DNA of 64,000 bases from a virus (lineage: Duplodnaviria; Caudoviricetes), in IMG/VR virus record IMGVR_UViG_3300037722_000889, positions 1-64,000 of that record; one strand, written 5' to 3'. Below the pieces are notes generated by a model. That model saw only the letters and a program-made list of their open reading frames with translations, did not search any database and had not been told where the DNA came from. Every line of letters starts with the position of its first letter. Position 1 is the first letter of the stretch. Positions 1 through 9,862 of the stretch are shown piece after piece. The translations under genes and the position numbers were made by a program.

Positions 1-340
1 CGAGCCTCCTTGATGTGTTAGTACGCGGGATGCACCTGTTCTGCTGGTTCTCAGCGCCGGTAGCTTCGCGGAGGTTGCACAGGCGGTTATCGGACCTGTC
101 GCCGTTGATATGGTCGAGCTGGTGCTTGGGGAACGCCCCGTGCACGTACAGCCATATGAGGCGGTGTACTCTGTAAATCTTGCCGTGCACCCTAACCCTC
201 TTATACCCGCTCTCATCGTCCCAGCCGACAACGTCTCCCGTACGAGTGCGATTTGACATCCGCACCCTCCTGGTAATGGAACCAGTGGATGGGTCGTACT
301 TAAACAGCCTGCGTACCTCTTTCTGAGTAAGGGCCGTCAT
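1..340 (-). CDS. HNH endonuclease (3' end runs off the window)
   Basis: Not in the ORF track; translated by hand: MTALTQKEVRRLFKYDPSTG...YRVHRLIWLYVHGAFPKHQLDHINGDRSDNRLCNLREAT. DHINGDRSDNR..NLR is the HNH motif. ATGA overlap with the polA stop. Confidence 0.85.
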   Translation of the reverse strand, partial: MTALTQKEVRRLFKYDPSTGSITRRVRMSNRTRTGDVVGWDDESGYKRVRVHGKIYRVHRLIWLYVHGAFPKHQLDHINGDRSDNRLCNLREATGAENQQNRCIPRTNTSRRL

Positions 341-3300
341 GCTGCCTCCTCGAGGGCTCCCCCGTTCACGACAGCCAGGATTTCCTCGTCAGTGGGGGAC
401 GCTCCAAGTTCCACCATGCTCGCCCAATTGTTGCGGCCTATGGACAACTCGGCCACCATGGGCACGATATGGCCTGGCGGGGTCATGTTCATGATCCCTA
501 CCAACCTGCGAGAGAACTCGAGGGCCGTCGACGCTGGGACGCTGCATGCCAACTCGTCGTACACAGGCATGAGGAGGATGGCGCCAGTGTCCTCGAACAG
601 GTGTGTGTCCCTGCATTGCCGCATCACTACCTTCAACAGAGAAGCTGCTCCCGCCTGTATCGGGGCATTGACCAGCTGCCGTTCAGCACGGGACCGCACG
701 TTGCCGTCGCGACTCCACAGGCCTGCAGGCGCGTGCCGGCGGTTACCCCAGGCGTCCTGCACGTAGCCATGGGTACGGGCGAATTCGATGCTCTCCGCCT
801 GCCACGGCAGGATGCGCGGATAGGTCAGGAATACCTGGTTCATGAACGCCTTGGCTGTGTCGACCGGCACCCCCAGGTTTCGGGCCAGCGTGGTAGGGCC
901 TCCGCCATAAATTATGAGGAAATTCACGGCCTTAGCGACCTTATTACGCACGAAGTTCAACGCCTTCGATACCTGCTCATTGTCCGCCTTCCGGCCCGCC
1001 ATGAACTCTCCATAGTCCATGCCCAGCTGCCCATAGGTGAACATGCGGAACACCCCTGGGAACTTGCGCTCCAGTACCACTGGCGCCAAGCCTGCCGCGG
1101 TCACCGAGTGGATGTCCTTCTTGACCGGCCCGATGTAGGCGTCCAGCATCGTCGGATCCCCGGATTCGGAGGCCATGATGCGCAGCTCCTGACCGGAGAA
1201 GTCAGGAGAGATGATGACGTGGTCCGGGTAGCGCGGCAGGATGCACGACCGGATCCCTTCCGAACCGTCCTTCTTGCTGATCTGCAGCAGGTTGGGGGAC
1301 GAGCCGGAGGGGCGACGGGTGACGGTGCCACAGTTCTTGATCTGGCCGTGAATCATGCCGTCGCGTGGATGCACCCACAGCGGGTACGGACGGTAGTACA
1401 TCTTGCCCCGGGTCAGTGCCGACTTCACCTTGCGGAAGGTCTCGAGGAATTTCCGCAGCTCGGTACCCTCCGCGGCGTCTTCTGCAATCGCCATCTCAAC
1501 CGCCTTGTCATCGGTACCGGGCGAGCCACGGAACTCCAGCTTGTCGCGGGACGACCCACGCTGCACCTTGGATCGCACCCGGATGGGCAGGCCCAGCATG
1601 CCGTACAGCATTACCTGCATCTGGTTGGGTGAGTCGAAGTTCAGCTCGGTGCCGATCTTCTCGGTCGGCCGGCCGACGGACAGAACCTGGACACAGAAGT
1701 CCTCGAGGGCCGCGTACTCCGGTCCTTCACGCTTCTTCAGGTGATTGGCGGCTTCGGCCAGCAGGCTGGTGAACTGCGCAGCTTGCCCGCTGAATTCACC
1801 TGCCTCCGCCAGCCAGCCCGTGAGCTTGCTGACCGCTACACTGGTGATGGGCTGGTCGATGCCTACCCGCTGCGCCACTTCCGTCAACTGCTTCACGGTC
1901 GGGGCGAAGTTCACCGGCTTCACCTGCTCGATCAGCGGCTGGTACTTGGTGGCCGCGGTCAGGCTGTCCTTCAGGCGCAGCAGCTTGCTTTCGATCTCAC
2001 CCTCGGACTTCTTGTCGGCCCGCATCTTGGCCCGCTCGAACTCGGCCAGATCCTCATACAGCTCCTTGATGGCGTCCTCGTCCTCGGTCGGGCACCACTC
2101 CGCCAGGCGTCCCCGGATAAACTTCATTCCCTCTTCGATGACGACCGCATCTTCCTGCTCCAGCTGCTTCATCCGGTCCAGGTCCACGTTCACCCCGGCC
2201 TCGAAGGCCTGATAGGTGTTATGCACGAACCCGAACTCGTTCTCATCGACGAAGTCCCAGGTCCCTTCCAGCTGCAGGATGATGTGGAATAGGTCGAACA
2301 GGGAAGCGGTGACCAGGGCATCATCGCAACCGTAGCCCAGGATCTGCTCGCCGGTCAGCTGTCGCATGTTCTGCACGCCGGCCTGTTCCAGGACTTCCTT
2401 GTAGGTGGTCTGCTTGTAGCGCAGATGCTGCAGGCTCATGTCCTTGAGGTGCGCCGAGTCGTCCTCGTTCACGTAGGAAGCCATGATCATCGTGTCGATG
2501 GGCGTGGCCAGTGTGTGCTCGAGGTTGGTGTCGGTCAGCGCCACTTCGAACGAGGCGTTCTGCACGATCAGCCGGCCGTTGGCCTCTGCCCGCTTGATCG
2601 CCCACAGGAGCTGTTCTTCCTCCAGGTTGGCGGTGTCAGCGTGGTCCAGCGACAGGTAGATGGTGTGCTGCAGGTTGGCGCCGTAGGTGAAAGAGGCGCC
2701 GGTGATGCTCTGGCTCAGCACGTCCACGTAGTTGCCCTTGCTGGCAGCTTCCTGGAACGGGGCATGCTGGAGCACATCGACGGACTCATAGTCCATGGCG
2801 ACGTAGGGGCATTCCGGCAGGTGGTCCTTGTAGTGCTGGAGCACGGTTCGGAAGTTGTCCTGGGTCACCAGGGTCTGGGTCGGCAGGTACTCTGCGATGT
2901 GGTGCAGGTGGCCCATGCTGCCGGTCGCTTCCAGGATGGCGATGACCTTGTTGGCCTGCAGCAGGCGCTTGTACCACTCGATCTTCACCTGCTTGCCGTC
3001 GGACACGCCGTAGCTCAGCTCGGGATGCAGCTGGGCGACGGCGTACATCAGGATCCAGTCGTTGCGGGATTCCATGATGGCCCCCAGCACGGCCTCGCCC
3101 TTGTTCAGGTACTTGCCCTTGCTGTCCTTCAGTGCGCCGGCCAGGATGTCTTCTATCACCTTGAAGTTCAAGGTCTTGACGCACTGCTCCAGCTCAGCCA
3201 GCCCGTCGTAGCCGTACTCCTCGACCAGGATGTTCCACTTGGCCGGGCCGATGCCCTTGACGCCGGGGTATTCGTCCGAGGCATCCCCCAACAGAGACTT

Positions 3301-3885
3301 GGCGAGGCTAACCAGGTGCAGCGGGACGATGGCCTTTACCTCGTCGCCCATGACCAGGGTGTCATCGGCGTTGGCTTCGCCCTTCAGCAGGACGGTGCAC
3401 TCGTCGGTGGTCAGCTGCAGCAAGTCGGCGTCCACGGTGTAGACCACCTTCTGCCCGGGCAGCTGCTGCGTCAGGTAGGCGATCACGTCGTCCGCTTCCA
3501 CGCCGACCACCCGGCACTGGGTCACGCCGATGGCGGACAGGAAGTGGTTAACGTAGCCCTTCAGCTCGTCGTCGCGGGCCTGACATTCCGGCAGCTTCTC
3601 ACGGGCGTGCCGGTTCTTCTTGTAGCCCGGGTACAGGGCCTTGCGGAAATCGTTACCTCCGTCCCACACGGCGATGATGCGGCGTGGGGCAATGAACTCG
3701 GTAATGGGCAGGAAGTAGCGGGACAGGAACACGTCGAAGCCGTACTTCGCGGTGTTCTCGCGCGCGGTAACTTTCGTGCCGTCCTTGTTGGTCTTCTCAA
3801 CCAGCATGGCGTCGGGGTCGGCGCCGGAATACAGGGAGTGGGTCATCAGACCCTTGATGTCCAAAATGACATAGCCTTCGTTCAT
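337..3885 (-). CDS. polA: Family A DNA polymerase with N-terminal 5'-3' exonuclease and 3'-5' exonuclease domains
   Basis: 5'-exo motifs (YKKNR, EADDVIA, GDASDEYPGVKGIGP); proofreading motifs DYE, NASFE, YGCDD; polymerase motifs TVTRRPSGSSPNLLQI, DFSGQELR, KAVNFLIIYG, NAPIQAGAA, VYDEL. Confidence 0.95.
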   Translation of the reverse strand: MNEGYVILDIKGLMTHSLYSGADPDAMLVEKTNKDGTKVTARENTAKYGFDVFLSRYFLPITEFIAPRRIIAVWDGGNDFRKALYPGYKKNRHAREKLPECQARDDELKGYVNHFLSAIGVTQCRVVGVEADDVIAYLTQQLPGQKVVYTVDADLLQLTTDECTVLLKGEANADDTLVMGDEVKAIVPLHLVSLAKSLLGDASDEYPGVKGIGPAKWNILVEEYGYDGLAELEQCVKTLNFKVIEDILAGALKDSKGKYLNKGEAVLGAIMESRNDWILMYAVAQLHPELSYGVSDGKQVKIEWYKRLLQANKVIAILEATGSMGHLHHIAEYLPTQTLVTQDNFRTVLQHYKDHLPECPYVAMDYESVDVLQHAPFQEAASKGNYVDVLSQSITGASFTYGANLQHTIYLSLDHADTANLEEEQLLWAIKRAEANGRLIVQNASFEVALTDTNLEHTLATPIDTMIMASYVNEDDSAHLKDMSLQHLRYKQTTYKEVLEQAGVQNMRQLTGEQILGYGCDDALVTASLFDLFHIILQLEGTWDFVDENEFGFVHNTYQAFEAGVNVDLDRMKQLEQEDAVVIEEGMKFIRGRLAEWCPTEDEDAIKELYEDLAEFERAKMRADKKSEGEIESKLLRLKDSLTAATKYQPLIEQVKPVNFAPTVKQLTEVAQRVGIDQPITSVAVSKLTGWLAEAGEFSGQAAQFTSLLAEAANHLKKREGPEYAALEDFCVQVLSVGRPTEKIGTELNFDSPNQMQVMLYGMLGLPIRVRSKVQRGSSRDKLEFRGSPGTDDKAVEMAIAEDAAEGTELRKFLETFRKVKSALTRGKMYYRPYPLWVHPRDGMIHGQIKNCGTVTRRPSGSSPNLLQISKKDGSEGIRSCILPRYPDHVIISPDFSGQELRIMASESGDPTMLDAYIGPVKKDIHSVTAAGLAPVVLERKFPGVFRMFTYGQLGMDYGEFMAGRKADNEQVSKALNFVRNKVAKAVNFLIIYGGGPTTLARNLGVPVDTAKAFMNQVFLTYPRILPWQAESIEFARTHGYVQDAWGNRRHAPAGLWSRDGNVRSRAERQLVNAPIQAGAASLLKVVMRQCRDTHLFEDTGAILLMPVYDELACSVPASTALEFSRRLVGIMNMTPPGHIVPMVAELSIGRNNWASMVELGASPTDEEILAVVNGGALEEAA

Positions 3886-3941
3886 ATCTCTTACCCTCGA
3901 TGGTAAAGAGAGCGGGGCGCGGACGCCCCGCTCAAGGTCAC

Positions 3942-4775
3942 TTACGCAGCCATTTCACGCGGGCCGGCGTAGGAGAAGGACCACGGACGGAACGGCTGAG
4001 CCGCCGTGGTGATCTTCGCCCCGACCGACACGCGGGTGATGTACTGATCCTGCCGCAGACCGTGCTGCATCTTCTGCAGGGCGATGTAGCCGCCCAGGCG
4101 GGAGATGGAGGTGGGGGGCACGGACAGCATGGCCACCGCACCGTCGTGGTCGCCGCCGACGATCTGCACCAGCACCTCGACGTACTTCTTCCACACCGGG
4201 GTCCAGCTCTGCACCTTCCACTCCGTGAGGATGTCCTCGATGGGCTTGCCACCGCCGGTCAGCGGCGGCTCGTTCGGAGCGAAGTTGGGGTGGTAGGTGG
4301 TGTAGAAGAAATCTGCCTTCGGGTCGTTGTCCTGCAGACCGTTCTTGCAGATGTACTTCGCGGTGGACCGCATTACGATGCAGTTGAACTCTTTCGGGTC
4401 CAGGTTGCCCAGGTCGTTGCTGGAGAACTCGCCGTCGGTACCCAACGTGATGATGGGGAACGCACCGAAGCCGAGATCCAGGCCGTCCATGCCGTCGTCC
4501 GCCATGCTCTGCACGACCATGGCCGCGCTGCCCTTGCCGGGGCCGGTGGTCATGGGCACGCTGGCGTGGCCGGACAGCTGCACCGGCATCTGCGCCGTCG
4601 TCCCAATGGGGCCTTCTCCCTGCAGCACTACGTCCACTTCCGGCTCGGCCCCTACGGGCTCGGCCTGGGCCGCTGCGGCCGGTTCCGGCGGGATGCCGGC
4701 CTCGTCCAGATCGAACGCGGGACGCTCGGTGGCGGGGACTTCCTGGGTTACTACGTTACCTTTTTTAAGGGCCAT
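3942..4775 (-). CDS. Putative ssDNA-binding or replication accessory protein
   Basis: 277 aa with an acidic, low-complexity N-terminus and a beta-rich aromatic C-terminal domain; lies between helicase and polA; strong SD. Function inferred from context. Confidence 0.45.
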   Translation of the reverse strand: MALKKGNVVTQEVPATERPAFDLDEAGIPPEPAAAAQAEPVGAEPEVDVVLQGEGPIGTTAQMPVQLSGHASVPMTTGPGKGSAAMVVQSMADDGMDGLDLGFGAFPIITLGTDGEFSSNDLGNLDPKEFNCIVMRSTAKYICKNGLQDNDPKADFFYTTYHPNFAPNEPPLTGGGKPIEDILTEWKVQSWTPVWKKYVEVLVQIVGGDHDGAVAMLSVPPTSISRLGGYIALQKMQHGLRQDQYITRVSVGAKITTAAQPFRPWSFSYAGPREMAA

Positions 4776-4799
4776 CTCAATTACCTCACATCTTCATTG

Positions 4800-5080
4800 A
4801 CGTTTCACTGACATTTCGCCTTGCGGCGATCTGCACGTACCAGCCTCGTTGCCCGGTACCCTGCAGTCTTGCTGGCTGGCCGGCTGTGCCGACCTGCCGA
4901 AATTTGTTGCCGCATCACCGCCAGGCTGGAGGAGTTGCGCACCCCTAGTATTCAGATCACTGTACGGCTGCGGCTGCCGGTGTTTTTCCATGCGAGGCAC
5001 GACGCAAGTTCCCCTGCGTACTTCCGGCTAATCCTCGGCCGACATTATCCGCGCTGTGCGCGGCCCCCATCGGCAAGGGT
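4800..5080 (-). ncRNA. Candidate structured RNA or structured 5' leader
   Basis: At least 7 stems in about 280 nt. GNRA loops (GCAA, GGAA) and G-U pairs all read correctly on the minus strand. See findings. Confidence 0.55.
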
Positions 5081-5088
5081 GCTTTTAC

Positions 5089-6699
5089 TTACGCTGCCTT
5101 ACCCATCAGCTCATCAAGCATGGACACCCGGTCCCGGGTGATGATCTTGGCGTACCCTTCCTTCTCCAGCATCGAGGCGGTCAGGGTGGGCGCTACCGTG
5201 CCCAGGGCCTTGATGATGTAGAACATGACCTGCTTCTTCTGCCCCGGCCGGTGCACCCGTTCCGACGACTGCTTGAACGTACCCGGCACCGACAGAGGCT
5301 CCACGAAGATCACGTAGGCGCACACCTCCTGGAAGTTGAGCCCGACTCCTCCAGACAGCGGCTGTGCTATCAGCATCCTGCAGGTGTCGTCGTGCTTGAA
5401 CTTATCCGCCTGGGCAGAGACGCTACCTTTCGTATCGCTGTACAGCACTGCCGGGTTGTACTGCTCGTAGTACTCGGACAGGAACTTCGTGGTCCGCTTG
5501 TAGTGGGCGAACAGGATGACCTTCTCGTCCTTCAGGCCGATATTTTCCAGCAAGGTGTCCACCATCGTGATGATGTTGTTTTCCTTGATGTCGGTCAGGC
5601 CGAAGTGCTGCGGCGTGGTGACGATCTGTAGGCACTTCTGCCGCAGGCTCTGCTGCTGCACCGCGCTGATAATCTCGCCGTCCACTTCCAGGAACCGCTC
5701 CCGCACCAGCTTGTCGTACAGCGCCTTGTGCTTCGGGCTGAGCGTGACCGGGACCTCGCGGATGATCGGCGTCTTCATGTTCTTGAACACGTCGTTCTTC
5801 AGCACCCGGCGTGCCGAGGCGTACAGGTTCACGGTCAGCGTGTCCATGTTCTGGTACCCGATCAGCACGGCCTCCCGGCCCGAGCCCATGTAGACACAAT
5901 GCAGGCGCTCGAACGACTTCTTCGTGCCGTACTGGTACGGGCGCAGCAGCTTGATGATCCCGTAGGCGTCCCCCGGCGTGTTGTGCAGCGGGGTCCCGGT
6001 CAGCAGCAGAAGCCCAGCCTTGGACTCCGACTTGCGGGTTGGCATCTCGCCGGCCAGGTACGCCACGGCCTTGTGCATAGTGGAGGAGGGGTTCTTCAGT
6101 GCCTGTGCCTCGTCAGAAATGATCAGGTTGTAACCCTTCTCCCGCAGCACGCGGTACGTCTCCGGCCCGGTGCGGACCTTGGTCGGTCTGGCTTTCCCCT
6201 GCACCGCGCCCAGCACCGGCGGCACCTCCTGCTTGACCTCCTTCAGCTCGGACGGGTAGTTGATGAACATCTGGTAGGTCATCAGGATCAGGTCCGGCCA
6301 GCCGGTCTCGTCCCACTGCTGGAACAGCGCGAGCCGTTCCTTCGGGCCTTGATCCAGGATGTGCGCCGTGAAGTGGTCCTGCCAGCCGAGGAAGGTGTCG
6401 TCCAGGGCGTCCATGAACTGCTTCAACAGCACCGGCGGCATCAGGGCCACGACCTTGTTGCCGTAGCCCATGCAGTACAACGCGTAGGCCTGGGCCGGCA
6501 GGGTCTTCCCGCAGCCGGGTTCGTCCAGCAGACCGAACCGGGTGTTGGCCAGCGTCTGGTTCAGGCCGGTGATCTGGTGCTTGAACGGTGGCACCCGGTC
6601 GTCGGCGATGACGATGTGACCTGCCTGCGGCGGCACTTCCAGCGCCCCCGCCTCTCGCAGCAGGGTCTCCAGCGTGTAGGTTCCTGGGATAATATCCAC
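5089..6699 (-). CDS. SNF2-like superfamily 2 helicase
   Basis: DEPGCGKT (motif I), IISDEAQ (II), LTGTP (III), SGGVGLNF (V), QSSERVHRPGQ (VI). Confidence 0.92.
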   Translation of the reverse strand: MDIIPGTYTLETLLREAGALEVPPQAGHIVIADDRVPPFKHQITGLNQTLANTRFGLLDEPGCGKTLPAQAYALYCMGYGNKVVALMPPVLLKQFMDALDDTFLGWQDHFTAHILDQGPKERLALFQQWDETGWPDLILMTYQMFINYPSELKEVKQEVPPVLGAVQGKARPTKVRTGPETYRVLREKGYNLIISDEAQALKNPSSTMHKAVAYLAGEMPTRKSESKAGLLLLTGTPLHNTPGDAYGIIKLLRPYQYGTKKSFERLHCVYMGSGREAVLIGYQNMDTLTVNLYASARRVLKNDVFKNMKTPIIREVPVTLSPKHKALYDKLVRERFLEVDGEIISAVQQQSLRQKCLQIVTTPQHFGLTDIKENNIITMVDTLLENIGLKDEKVILFAHYKRTTKFLSEYYEQYNPAVLYSDTKGSVSAQADKFKHDDTCRMLIAQPLSGGVGLNFQEVCAYVIFVEPLSVPGTFKQSSERVHRPGQKKQVMFYIIKALGTVAPTLTASMLEKEGYAKIITRDRVSMLDELMGKAA

Positions 6700-6702
6700 G
6701 GC

Positions 6703-9477
6703 CTACACCTTGAACATCGACACGTCGATGCCCTTTTCTGTCATCTTCTCCATGTCCAGCGCCGTCACTGGCCGCGCCTGCACCATGTCCAACATGGGCA
6801 TCTTGTCGGTTACGAAGTACGGTTCCTGCTGGAGCAGGGTACTGAACTGCGCTACGCTGTCGATGACCACGTTGTCCTTGGAGGCCCGCTTGAACATCTT
6901 GTACATGGCATGCACGACGGGAACGTCCAGCACCAGCAGGCCGTCCTTGAAGGCGTAATGCTTGCCCGGGACGATCCACTGCTGCCCGCCACTGTTACCG
7001 ACCGTAGCCATGACCCCGATGTCCTCCAGCACTGCATCCACTTCCGTGCGGTTCTTGGCCTGGGAGATGGACACCGCGCTGCCATCCAACGACATGGACA
7101 GCGCGTCCTGCAGCTCCTGCAGCCGGTCATCAACGTCCAGCTTCAGGTCCCGGCAGACCTTCCCCAGGAACGCTAGCCCGGTCAGTGCGACCTGATACGA
7201 GTAGCTCGGGCGCTCCAGGAACCCGTCCGGGATGTACGAGGCATAGCTGTCCAGCGTGTCCTCGACCCACTGCAGGTCGGTGGTGAGCGCGCTGACCATC
7301 AATGCCTTGGCCAGCTTGCCCAGCTCTGCCCGCATCGCGCTGGCTTTCAGGAAGGAAGCTGTCTTGCCTTTGCGGCTGCCCGAGGACAGCATCACCTGGA
7401 TCCCACGCTGCTGCAGGGCGGTCATCTGCGGCGCCTGTTCCGAGATGATGACCAGCGGCGCGCAGATGCTGATCTCAGCCAGCTCTGCGCCGGTCTTGCC
7501 CCGGCCATTGGCGCTGGAACCCGACAGGGTGCCGCGCCCGATCACGTTGGCGTTGAACGCGGCCTTCATGATCTCACCGATAAAGTTGTAGGTACTGGTC
7601 CTGATCTTCGACTTGTTGTACTCCTCCAGCAGGCGCGGCACGGTGGTGGTGCAGCTGGCATAGTGGATCAGCGCCCACGGGGTGATGGACGACAGGTTGA
7701 GCGCGCTATGGCCAGTGGTGTAGTCACAGCCGTTGAGCATCGCCATAAGCGACGTGGCAGCACTTTTGCCAGCTCCACTGTTTCCCCATACCATCAGCAG
7801 GGGGAACTGGGTGTAGCGACGCATGAGGTGGGCCTTCAGATGGCACGCGACAAACCAGCCCACTACCTGAGCGGTGATGGCATCCTCGTTGGTATCGAGC
7901 AGCGCCAGCAGCGCCTCGGTCACCGCCGCGTCCTCAACCTGCGGCAGGGTGTAGTTCTTCAGCTCAGGCGGGGCGGGGATCTTGCCCTGGAACACATGGG
8001 TACCCTGCACCCGCAGCTGGTTGATGCTAAGCCCAGGCTCCACGTACACCATCAGGTCTCGCTTGCCCACGCGGTGGGCGCGCATGCCGGCCTCGTACAC
8101 TTGGATGATTTCTCCCATGTCTCTGTCCTCTCTGAAGACCAGATGCTTGATGCGCTGCACATCGTCATCGGTCCCGGTAAAGCTGAAGTTCTGGATCCCG
8201 CGGAACTCGCCTTTGATTGCCGCCTTCGAGTCCCAGCCGCTCTCGGCCATCATCAGCTGGCCCAGAACCTCCCCGTCCCGCATGATCTCGACCAGGGTGC
8301 CTACCCGTCGGTCAACCCCTCCTACCTGGGAGGGTTCGACGAACACCGAGATTGGCACCAGGATGAAAGTGGAGATCCGGCGGTCGCCCTTGTCGGTGAC
8401 CACGTAGTAGCCGTCTGGCTTCTCCAGCACGCCGATCTCGACCGCCGCGTCATCCCCTGCTGCCCCGTTCTTCTCCAGAGCACAGCCCTCACAGGGCCGG
8501 GTCTGCAGCACGGAACGGATCGCCGGGCACGAGAAGTACTTGGTCTTGTTGTGCCGGCAATAATCCGTCAGCCCCTGCAGGTGCTGCAGGCGGGCCTTCG
8601 GTGTCTCGTACTTCCCGCTGCTGGACTTCTCCGCCATGTTGGCCAGCAGCGAGTGGGCCAGGTCGTCGTCGGTGCTCGAGCGTGCCACGTAGGTGGCCAG
8701 CTGCAGCGCCGACATGTTGAAGTTGGCGCTGTTCTTGACCTTGTAGGCCGCCAGGTCCCGGATGCACTGCGGCGGCTCGGTCTTGAACTGCACCAGCTTC
8801 TCCGAGGTCACCGGCGCGATCACACGGGGCTTTGTTGCCGCCCGCTTCTTCGCTTCCGCCACCACGACTTCCAGCCCGGCGGCGACTTCCGGCTTGGCCG
8901 GGATTTCCGGCACCGGCCGCGGTCCTGACGTGTACTCGCGGTACAGCTCAGGGGTGATGCTGTTCAGTTCGTCCAGGGTGATCGCCACCCGGTAGTTGCC
9001 GTCCTCGCGCTTCAGGTTCACCAGTCGCCAGCTGTTGCCTCTGCCCGAGGAGTAGACCGAGTAATCCAGCCCCAGCACGTGCAGGTCCAGCGCCGCTTCC
9101 CGGTACACCAGGGGCAGCAGCTTGACCGCGCGGTTCGACCCGAACACGGCCTGCGGCACCATGACGTGGAACCCCTTCGACCCGGAGCAGAACACGCCAA
9201 TGGCGTCGTCCTGCACGCCCAGCCGCTGCAGCTTCCCGACCAGCTGCTGAGTGGATTCAATGGCCAGCTGCAGGTCGCCCTTCACATCGATGTCGAAGTA
9301 CAGCGGGCCTCGGTAGGTCAGGGATTCCTTGTCGGTCTCATCCTCGTCAATAACTTCCGACACTGCCAGGATGGTCAGCTTCCTGGCGCCTTTCTCCAGC
9401 GCGTCCTGTTCGACCGTTGCCTTGTCGACAATAGGGATCCAGGAGCGTTGTTCGCCTTTTTGGTAGTACCGATACAT
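6703..9477 (-). CDS. AEP-type primase fused to a P-loop helicase
   Basis: LYFDID and SGSKGFHV (archaeo-eukaryotic primase motifs); Cys cluster YFSC...CEGC; C-terminal GNSGAGKS Walker A and LLEEY Walker B-like motif. Confidence 0.85.
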   Translation of the reverse strand: MYRYYQKGEQRSWIPIVDKATVEQDALEKGARKLTILAVSEVIDEDETDKESLTYRGPLYFDIDVKGDLQLAIESTQQLVGKLQRLGVQDDAIGVFCSGSKGFHVMVPQAVFGSNRAVKLLPLVYREAALDLHVLGLDYSVYSSGRGNSWRLVNLKREDGNYRVAITLDELNSITPELYREYTSGPRPVPEIPAKPEVAAGLEVVVAEAKKRAATKPRVIAPVTSEKLVQFKTEPPQCIRDLAAYKVKNSANFNMSALQLATYVARSSTDDDLAHSLLANMAEKSSSGKYETPKARLQHLQGLTDYCRHNKTKYFSCPAIRSVLQTRPCEGCALEKNGAAGDDAAVEIGVLEKPDGYYVVTDKGDRRISTFILVPISVFVEPSQVGGVDRRVGTLVEIMRDGEVLGQLMMAESGWDSKAAIKGEFRGIQNFSFTGTDDDVQRIKHLVFREDRDMGEIIQVYEAGMRAHRVGKRDLMVYVEPGLSINQLRVQGTHVFQGKIPAPPELKNYTLPQVEDAAVTEALLALLDTNEDAITAQVVGWFVACHLKAHLMRRYTQFPLLMVWGNSGAGKSAATSLMAMLNGCDYTTGHSALNLSSITPWALIHYASCTTTVPRLLEEYNKSKIRTSTYNFIGEIMKAAFNANVIGRGTLSGSSANGRGKTGAELAEISICAPLVIISEQAPQMTALQQRGIQVMLSSGSRKGKTASFLKASAMRAELGKLAKALMVSALTTDLQWVEDTLDSYASYIPDGFLERPSYSYQVALTGLAFLGKVCRDLKLDVDDRLQELQDALSMSLDGSAVSISQAKNRTEVDAVLEDIGVMATVGNSGGQQWIVPGKHYAFKDGLLVLDVPVVHAMYKMFKRASKDNVVIDSVAQFSTLLQQEPYFVTDKMPMLDMVQARPVTALDMEKMTEKGIDVSMFKV

Positions 9478-9511
9478 ACGCGCCTCCTGTGGCCACTGCG
9501 GTTACAAGAGG

Positions 9512-9862
9512 TCAGATGACGCGTATCTCGGCGGTAGATACCTTGGTGATGGACACGGCCCGATCCCCGGGCGGCAGATGCTTGCCGGCCATGTCGCGGA
9601 CGATTCTCACGGCTACAAAGTCCTGGTCCTTGACCAGTCCTCGACCTGCCAGCACCCGGACCATGTTGGCGATCCGGTATGAAGAGGGCAGGGCTAGCAG
9701 GATTACTGTGCCGATAGGTGCCTCGTTGTACTTCTCCGCCAGGGCGTTGTAATCGATGACCTGTCGGCCACGCTCATAAAGTCCGTCGGAGTGCTGCACA
9801 GCAGCTGCGATCCCTTCATGGTGTTCAGAGTCCGGCGGGATTACTTTGAAGTCGTTACTCAC
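9512..9862 (-). CDS. Hypothetical protein
   Basis: 116-aa ORF, GTG start with GAGGAG SD, phage-like codon usage. Confidence 0.75.
   Translation of the reverse strand: MSNDFKVIPPDSEHHEGIAAAVQHSDGLYERGRQVIDYNALAEKYNEAPIGTVILLALPSSYRIANMVRVLAGRGLVKDQDFVAVRIVRDMAGKHLPPGDRAVSITKVSTAEIRVI

Noticed and set aside
4794-5000. 68-aa ORF, and tmRNA-like GGGGGC start
   Set aside because: The ORF lacks a clear SD and phage codon bias, and there is no tmRNA T-arm or CCA end. The stem pattern explains the region better.
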